A DNA stretch of 33,551 nt from positions 1 to 33,551 of the forward strand of contig CALSCP010001142.1 in the NCBI GenBank assembly GCA_943704425.1. The letters run 5' to 3'. The notes beneath the pieces were generated by a model. The model was not told the DNA's origin. It saw only the letters and a program-made list of their open reading frames with translations, and ran no database searches. Of this stretch, positions 26,376 through 33,551 are shown piece by piece; the stretch's first letter is position 1, and each line of letters starts with the position of its first letter. Position numbers and translations under genes: made by a program. Source of the DNA: Ministeria vibrans ATCC 50519. Its lineage: Eukaryota > Protista > Filasterea.

Positions 26376-27719
26376 GCTACAAGTCGCGAGAGCGAAACAA
26401 GACAAAAGTGCAAAAAACCGTTTTGAGTTGCGCGCTCTTTTTGCAAAACCAAACACAATCTCATTTTCAAACGCCCATGGGCCCACACGCCTTTCCCCCG
26501 ACGCATTCCCAGCCACGCCCACTCCACAGATACCCCTTCGCATATCGACAGGGCGTCATATTGGACCGGTGTGTCTTGCAAGACACAACAAGACACAACA
26601 AGAAAAAGGAAATAAAAAACAACCGCTTTCCGGTCACCCCAACACCGATGGGTAGACCAGAGCAATATATCGATGGTGAGAGAGGCGGGCTTATACCTTT
26701 TGATGCCACTTTTGAGAGCACGCAGCAAAAAGAAAAAAAGTTGATTATCATTAATTTTATATTTTGAGCAAACTCGCAGGGTCCCGATTCTCAAATCCCA
26801 AATGTGATTCTGTCATTTAGACTGATTGAATCAGCTCTGATCTCTCAACTCAGTAGCTTAGTCGGCGTTGGTATCGTCTTTTCTCCATCGTCTTTTGTTC
26901 CGAAGTAGGTGAGACGTTTCATTTCATTCCATTATTATTATGAATATGGAACACGCAAAAATCACAACTCAACTCACCCAAGGGGGGTAGAGTTGAAGGT
27001 GCCTCGTGCGGTGGCTCATTGACCAATGACCATTGTGCCCATTGCCCGCCCTCGTACCGTCTGGCGTCTGTCACTCACATTATAGTGGAAAAGATACAAG
27101 CGCGGGAGCTCGGCGGAGGCAACACACATATCCCCCACGTGACGCATGTGCTTGTACCTGCAGGGCCCAACGACACGCGCGTAAAGTTGTGGTCCGTGGA
27201 GCTGCCATGGAACTTATGCCGGTGGCATTTCGGAAACGGTATTCAAACGGTACCAACAAAGTGAGCTCTAGGGCGGAATGTAGTTGGTGACCACAGGGGA
27301 GGGTAAGATCGGTCGTCAGCACTAGAGCACGCTTGCTTATAAGAACGCTCCAGGCGGGTCTGTTCCAGCGCTTGGTGATTATATGAAGATTTATGGAGCC
27401 ACTCTCGCGGCGGTGTCACTCGCGACTGCGTCACTGGTACTGTTTATTTGCAAATTAAGCACAGCTGACAACCGCAGGTACGTACAACAAGGCGCTTCCA
27501 TAACCTGCAATTTTATTATTATTATTATTATGACATAGATTGTCTGATCAACACGCACGGGACGCTCTATTTGACGCCAGCCGGGGAGTCCTAGTGAGAT
27601 GGTTGCTGCTCTACCTCTATCAAGTTAAGCCGGTCAAGGCGGCGGAGTAATTAAGGCGGCCAACAAAGCATTGTTGGTGAGCTCGCCTACATGTACAGAA
27701 GACACACAGACACACACAT

Positions 27720-28620
27720 GCAGACACGTCTTTTCTCAGGGCCCATAATTGGCGAGTCGCCACTCACGAACAAAATGTACGTCAACCCGTTGATCATGGG
27801 CACGTACCTCATATTGAACAATAATATTCCAAAGTACCAAGTAGATGTCACAAGTGCTGCGCATAGACACCTATGCATGATGCTGCTCCGCTGCAACGCT
27901 CTCGTCACGAGCATCACGTACCTGTGGATTAATTGAAATCGACCCAGCGCACACGACATATCCTGTCCCTTGACCTCACCCTCTCCCCTTTGCCAGCTAG
28001 AGGCGACACCCCTCGGCTGAACCAGCTCCTCGAGATTGTCCAAGAAGCGCACCATGCCGGATGGCGAGCACACGTGCCCTCTGATGCCCTCACTCGCCCA
28101 AATCCCATACGCCGGCCGGCGCGCTTTGACCCGTCCCGCCCTCTCCGCTGCACCAAAGTCCTAGGGCACCGTGCCGCGCGCTTGGTCTCCCGCACCCGAA
28201 GTAGGCCTCCGCAACCAACTGATGACTGCTGATCACGCGCGCCACATCAATATATCTTCCAACCAGGAGCTGCTCCAAACGCGATGACAGCTGTGCCGGC
28301 CGTCTGTGACAGCTGTGCATGCATGCCGTCTGCTCGACACGCGGCAGTAAGCCCCGAACACTTTGTCACCCATTTTACTCACCCCTCTCTAGCTCGTCTG
28401 CGCATGCGTCCGATGCTCCTCGCCCACACCACGCTCAATACGATTGCTCTCTCCCGCCAACCGGAAGACGCTCGCCGAGCTCGTCCCCATGTACACCCTA
28501 ACCCTTCCGCCGTGCCAGACCCGCCCCGACGTACCGTCCCCCGGACGCTCGAAGCCTACTCTTGACTCACGAATTTCACACTTTTACGAGCCGATCGCGA
28601 GTGCGGTGTTGCAATATCGC
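27720..28620 (+). mobile_element. Possible degenerate Penelope-like reverse transcriptase fragment
   Basis: Frameshifted pieces resemble the PLE RT C-terminal half (YLILNNN; ILSLDLTL vs FLDLTI; HQYI; HFVTHF..LAR). No intact YxDD motif seen. Confidence 0.35.
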
Positions 28621-29080
28621 AGCCACAACAGCAACATTAACAAACAATAATAGCCGCTAGACCAACTGCAAACGTTTACCATAATTATAATTATAATAAT
28701 TATTATTATCATAATAATAATTTATACGGCTCATGAGGACTCGCTGCTCCAATGTGCTCACGTAGCGCTTGCAGTGCGTACGGACACCAGNNNNNNNNCA
28801 TAATTATAATTATAATAATTATTATTATCATAATAATAATTTATACGGCTCATGAGGACTCGCTGCTCCAATGTGCTCACGTAGCGCTTGCAGTGCGTAC
28901 GGACACCAACCCGACTCAGATTACATCTGGTGCATGGTTGGTAAGTCTCTTGCCGCGACACTGCACATGCGTGAGTCCAACGTACTTGGCCACTTCGTAC
29001 GAAGTACGGAGTACGAAGTACTTCGTAATGTCTATCTAGTATCTGCTATCAATAAATAAATCCCGCCTATCATAAATAAT

Positions 29081-29222
29081 TAAGAAGAAGAAGAATACAA
29101 CCCATTTATTCATGATATACAGTCACCAGATCTACAACAAAAGCACAAGTGCAATCGCTATCCAGTGAGGTAATCGCAATGGTACGCCATACCCCCAGTG
29201 GGGGCTTAGGGCTCTGACAAGC
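29081..29222 (-). mobile_element. 5'-truncated non-LTR/SINE-like 3' end with stem-loop, AATAAA and (TTC)n tail
   Basis: Shares tccagtgagg..aatggtacgccatacccc..gggggctta..gct..gaca with 31190-31246. Ends AATAAATGGGTTGTATTCTTCTTCTT on the minus strand. Confidence 0.6.
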
Positions 29223-29819
29223 TGTAACAGCTGTCTAGCGAGTAAAACTCGGGGCGAATCGGTGAGGAGACGCGGAAATAGAAAATAATTAAATTATTTA
29301 AATATCTTCTTCTTCTTCTTCTACTTCTTCTACCATTGTTTCAGCTCACGCGAAGACAGTAAGTGTATGTGTGGGGGTTTATCGCATGACTCTATGATTT
29401 TGTTCTGTCGCAGCGGCTGCAATTGGAGGCGCAGTTGGTGAGCAAACTGCGGTGGACCTCTGACCATCTGCTATCCATCCCCTGCAACTTGGGGATGTGC
29501 TTTATGAGCACATGCGTGATGCGTTGATTGGGGTGTATCTAGTGTGCTGGCCAAACATCCATGATGGTGGAGGGCGCTGATTATGAGAGCCGTTAGAGCG
29601 ACGTTCACGTTTTTTTGCGCAATCCTTTCTCGCTCTCTGTCGGTGAAAGGGGTGTGTTAGTGTGTTACTATTCCAGCTCCAGTAGCCTGCGCTCCCATTT
29701 GAGTGCGCATTTTTCTTTCTCTCAAGGTATTCGCTTATTCTCTTTTTTTTTTTATTTTTTTTTTTTTTTTGTACAGGATCGCTTTCTTCTTCTGCTTGGG
29801 TTTCTCGACAGACGACGCG

Positions 29820-30941
29820 ATGGACGCGACGGCCCCTGATTCCACACTCAGCGTTTCGAAATCTGAAGGTTTTATATTTCAGATGAGGCGTATAATGTTG
29901 CTTTTCGCTACTCCCGCGTCGTATTTGTTGGTTCTCTTTTTGTATGACAAATTGTTCCATTGGGGCAATCAGATCCAAACATTCATTATATCGCTGGTGC
30001 TCGGCTTTGTCGTGTTTTCACTGTTTATTATTGGATTATGGCTCAACGCTACAAAGCCGTCTTCGAAGTTCGCCTTTTTCAGCGATACTGTTCATCTGTT
30101 CCAATGGATCGGAATAGCTCACATGCTTCAAATTTTCGTCGACGTCGACTTCTCCACTTGTTTTTCTACATCGTCCCATGAGCATAAACAGCTGGTGGGA
30201 TTCATACTTGCAACAGGACTTGTTCTGATGTCCATCGACGCCGTACATATTTGGAAGTCCCCGAGGCCTTGGCGAGTGAACGATTTTACATTCAAGATCA
30301 GCAAAATTATCCGTGAACAAGTACGGCTTTCGAGGTGGCGTGTAAATATGGGTCTTATACAGTCTGATCATGCCTTGGAAGGTCAATCAGTACCATCCAC
30401 GGATCATGATCACTCGTCGTTTGATCTTCGAAATATTTGGATACCACTCATTAACTTGCCTTCCTTGGGGTGTGTTGCTGACTTCAAGCCCGTATTGATC
30501 CTTTTTTTTGCTATTTTATCTCCTATTGCACCACACCTCCACGATCAACTCAACAGCAACCTGTCTCAGAGAGGCTGCAAAACGGGAGGGACACTACTTC
30601 GAATTCTCCTTGGGATAGTGGTTTTCGCACTGACGTATTTTGGCTCGCTTGTCATCTTCTTCAACTTGGTCGCATCTGTTCTCACCAACACAGGTTATCA
30701 CATGGTCGATAAATATCTCTCGGAGAGGCGTCTTATCGTGATCCGAAATGTAGCTGCAGTCTTGACAACAATTCTACTCCTGCTTCTCCGCTTCCATCTC
30801 TCTCAGTATATGGAACACTGGTGGCTATTCTGCTTGGACTTCTTATCCTTTTGTATGAGTATCAACCTTCAAGCTGACTCTGCGCTGCTGCAGCGCAAAA
30901 AAAAACGAGTTCTAATCACTGTGGCCGGGAACGACTTTTAA
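29820..30941 (+). CDS. Hypothetical multi-pass membrane protein (~373 aa, ~7-8 TM segments), no intron in CDS
   Basis: Long ORF with two clusters of hydrophobic helices separated by a polar loop. First ATG at 29820, preceded by a polypyrimidine/CAG acceptor at 29776. Confidence 0.7.
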   Translation: MDATAPDSTLSVSKSEGFIFQMRRIMLLFATPASYLLVLFLYDKLFHWGNQIQTFIISLVLGFVVFSLFIIGLWLNATKPSSKFAFFSDTVHLFQWIGIAHMLQIFVDVDFSTCFSTSSHEHKQLVGFILATGLVLMSIDAVHIWKSPRPWRVNDFTFKISKIIREQVRLSRWRVNMGLIQSDHALEGQSVPSTDHDHSSFDLRNIWIPLINLPSLGCVADFKPVLILFFAILSPIAPHLHDQLNSNLSQRGCKTGGTLLRILLGIVVFALTYFGSLVIFFNLVASVLTNTGYHMVDKYLSERRLIVIRNVAAVLTTILLLLLRFHLSQYMEHWWLFCLDFLSFCMSINLQADSALLQRKKKRVLITVAGNDF

Positions 30942-31047
30942 TAAGAACAATTATTTCCGGACCAAATTCTGCAGTCGCTTTGGTTGGTTAAGCCTTGACG
31001 TGTGCACCCTGTAACATGCTTATGGTGTATTCGTACGAGGACATAAT

Positions 31048-31392
31048 GAAAGAAGAAGAATACACTAGAATACAACACATTTATTATGATACAGTCACCA
31101 CAGCAGAACATACACAGACCGCTTCGCAGCTCAAACTGAAACTCAAGAGATACCAAGGGAGAGCAGTGGCAGGTCAGGTGCAGTCGTTGTCCAGTGAGGA
31201 ATCACAATGGTACGCCATACCCCCATGGGGGCTTATGGCTCCGACACCGTAAGGTGTCTGTCGGCAAGGAATGTGAAGTCGAAGTCGCTGTTGAAAGCGA
31301 TCGGGTCGGTGGTCAGCGGCAGCAGGTCCAGGTGGCTGCGGTGCGCTCCTGTGATGCACGGGAGGGGCAGATCGGTTGCGAGGCGGTACACA
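31048..31392 (-). mobile_element. Longer copy of the (TTC)n-tailed retroelement 3' end
   Basis: Homologous to 29081-29222. The GC-rich extension encodes an ORF end (...DFDFTFLADRHLTVSEP*) and joins abruptly to AT-rich polB sequence. Confidence 0.55.
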
Positions 31393-31997
31393 CAGATTAT
31401 CTAGTCGAACAGATAGATATGTGCAGTCTTAATAAGATCAATGCATTCGTTCATCCAACAAGTGGTCAAGTGGTCGTAGTAGGCCATGATTTTGACCGTA
31501 GACAAGCATTATGTAAGAGCCTATTTGAGCTCTACCAAGTTGACTGTTTCCGCTTTGTTAACCAGTCTATTACGCAGATAGGTAAGGACCTATTTAAGAT
31601 TGTTGGAGCACCGTTCAGGTCCAGCACGTACACAGAGGAAGCAAGAGTAATTTTAGATGATAACAAGCCTAATGCTTTGATTCAAGCAATCGAGCAAGGT
31701 GATATGATGAAAATGGAGATTCACGGGTTAGACATTAAGGGTGCATACAGTAGTGTGTTACTCAATAACGATGTTGATATGCCTGTGTTTTCCATTAACA
31801 ATACTGTAGAAAAATATGACGGCGAAGACATAGTGTGTGGACTCTATTACATAGGAAAAACACTGCTGAAAAAATACACTAATAAGGGACAGGCCTTGAC
31901 ATTAAAACCTGCATTCTACTCCTGGAATTTAGTGCAGTATTTACTGGCTAATAAGCACATAACCAAGGAGTCTATTAAGTTCTGCATCAAGGCCTAG
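31393..31997 (+). pseudogene. Truncated family B (protein-primed type) DNA polymerase
   Basis: Motif A-like GLDIKGAYSSVL..MPVF followed by GLYYI. Motifs B and C absent. Confidence 0.7.
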
Positions 31998-32041
31998 ATG
32001 AGAAGAGTATCATATTTAAGCATATTGCAGAAACTGCATCT

Positions 32042-32410
32042 AAGTGCACTATTAGCAAGATAGCTAAGTGTCCCAGTAAAGATCACCGAGAGCTTATGAA
32101 CTATGAAAGTTATTATATCCAATTATACGAAAAGGAGCATGGGCGTAGACTCCTTAATAAGAAGCAATTACGCAAGAGAGAGATGGTGAAAGTGGACATC
32201 GTCTCGATATCTATTAAGACATCTATTAGTGACGAACGATACAAGATAGTACACGATGAGAAGAACAGAGAATTAAGAATGCAATACAGAGACGAAAATG
32301 GTAAAAACAAGCAATTACGAAAGCGTTACAAACCTGGTTTGTTTGATGATGCAATGACACATATGAAGGAGAAAAGAGAGGGTATATTGATTGATATTGC
32401 CGGACTGTAA
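32042..32410 (+). pseudogene. C-terminal part of a GIY-YIG-like endonuclease with a basic DNA-binding tail
   Basis: The in-frame upstream extension KCTISKIAKCPSKDHRELMNYESYYIQ resembles the GIY-YIG helix EL..E..YI. The GIY/YIG motifs themselves are missing. Confidence 0.45.
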
Positions 32411-32463
32411 ATGATCTATTAGGGCTATTTAGTGAGACTTATTATGTACCATAATGGTATATA

Positions 32464-32903
32464 ATGAGTAACGTAGAGAAGTTAAAACAAATTTGGAGAG
32501 TCAGCAACTTTCCTAATAAGTTGAATCTTTACCGTTTGCAGAAGGAGGCTGACCTAGGGTTTACACAGAAGCAGATAGGGGAATGGTTAGAGAAACAAGA
32601 GTCGCATCAGACAACTACTGCTCCAAAAAAAACAGAAGGTATTTAGCAGCGTAATAGCGCCTAAAGTAGGTAGTAACCTTATGCTCGATCTAATTGTGTA
32701 CGACCGGTTCAAGAGTCATGGGTATCAGTATATTCTTAACGGTATTGATATCAAGTCTCGTAAGGCGTTTGGTATCCCTCTAAAAGACCGAAAGGAACAG
32801 ACCTTAATAGATGCTATGAAGAAGATGTTTAAGCATTACAAACATGTGTTCCCTGAGCTGCAAATGGATAATGAAGGGGCGTTCACAGGTAAGAAATTCC
32901 AGG
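32464..32903 (+). pseudogene. rve-family (DDE) integrase, frameshifted and 3'-truncated
   Basis: MLDLI..YQYILNGIDIKSRKAFGIPLKDR..LQMDNEGAF. Removing one A from the A8 run at 32625-32632 fuses 32464..32646 with 32681.. in frame. Confidence 0.82.
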
Positions 32904-33297
32904 ATGAACCCGTCGTCGAGGAACGCTGCGGACGTCGTCAATGTGTTGTGTGAGAGGGGGGTTAGTCAGTCTGGGCAGTGTCGCTGCGATCGGGGTACTG
33001 GGCGCGACGTTGTGGCGCATATCTGTGCACGGTCGAAAATTCAATTTTTGATAAATAAACTTCAATAAACCTTTGCGTTGCTCTCTCGGTAAAATGGGTT
33101 AAAATACGCTGCGCTCACTGCGTGACATATACATTGATGTGACAAGGGTGTTGTTTTCGGGGAAGACAGGCTAGAGTAGTGCAGGTGTGCAGAGAAGCGA
33201 GAGAAACGCGCGTGAGAGCTCTGTGTCGAAGACCAAAGGACCCCACAGAGATACCTCGACTGTAACGCCTCTCGATGAGTGAAGTAAAATGATGTAT

Positions 33298-33551
33298 TTA
33301 TTCGTCGTTATCATCCAGGGCTGCGAAAGGGGAGTTGAGCTCCCCGTAGTCGAGCTTACGAGCAGTTTTTCGCTTCGGTCGTGTGAATTGTTTCGCAGCA
33401 GAAGAGCGCGTCGGCCGGGTCGCGGGCCCTGGCGCGTCCGAGTCGCTGTCGTCGTCCAACTCCATCACTGCCTCGTCACTGTCGTCACTCTCTTCCTCGT
33501 CGTCGTCTTCGTCGGGCGATGCGGGTCGCTTGCGGCCGCGCAGCGGCGGCT
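33298..33551 (-). CDS. 3' end of a protein-coding gene running off the window (acidic tract, basic NLS-like motifs, RKL motif)
   Basis: Open frame PPLRGRKRPASPDEDDDEEESDD...KRKTARKLDYGELNSPFAALDDNDE*. Confidence 0.6.
   Translation of the reverse strand, partial: PPLRGRKRPASPDEDDDEEESDDSDEAVMELDDDSDSDAPGPATRPTRSSAAKQFTRPKRKTARKLDYGELNSPFAALDDNDE

Larger units (their letters stand above)
31393..32903 (+). mobile_element. Polinton/Maverick or Polinton-like virus remnant
   Basis: AT-rich, intronless, co-oriented fragments of PolB, a GIY-YIG-like nuclease and an rve integrase. Confidence 0.75.

Noticed and set aside
27019-27264. CxxC...H zinc-knuckle-like ORF as a LINE C-terminus
   Set aside because: Too short and degenerate to support a call.
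28680-28908. Apparent ~110-bp tandem duplication
   Set aside because: The two near-identical copies flank an N gap (28791-28798), so this is most likely an unmerged contig overlap.
28992-29027. loxP-like site (ACTTCGTA)
   Set aside because: Only an 8-nt match, without 13-bp arms or 8-bp spacer geometry.
31194-31392. N-terminus of the 267-aa ORF as part of the polymerase
   Set aside because: It derives from the antisense strand of the retroelement copy, so the ORF is a chance chimera.

Overview
Left end of a gene-dense eukaryotic chromosome, starting in (CCCTAA)n telomeric repeats. Short GT-AG introns plus LIN-7, ST7 and a three-repeat Myb suggest a unicellular holozoan, possibly a choanoflagellate (inference). 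In order, the window holds: a mosaic subtelomere with internal telomeric repeats and a structured 148-bp tandem repeat; two divergent intronless AIG1/GIMAP-like GTPases; tRNA-Ser(GCU) with a canonical intron; an apparently non-coding multi-exon minus-strand gene hosting at least four intronic box C/D snoRNAs (U24/U76-like and U29/snR71-like are recognisable); LIN-7; ST7-like; an arylsulfatase; a tRNA-Gln(UUG) interrupted by a 44-nt D-loop intron with a bulge-helix-bulge-like motif; POLD4; NOT4; MFAP1; 3R-Myb. The right end is element-rich: a degenerate Penelope-like RT, retroelement 3' tails, an orphan membrane protein and a Polinton/PLV-like remnant (pPolB, GIY-YIG, rve integrase). The most unusual items are the D-loop-intron tRNA and the GAS5/UHG-like snoRNA host gene. 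All family calls come from motif recognition by eye, not database searches.
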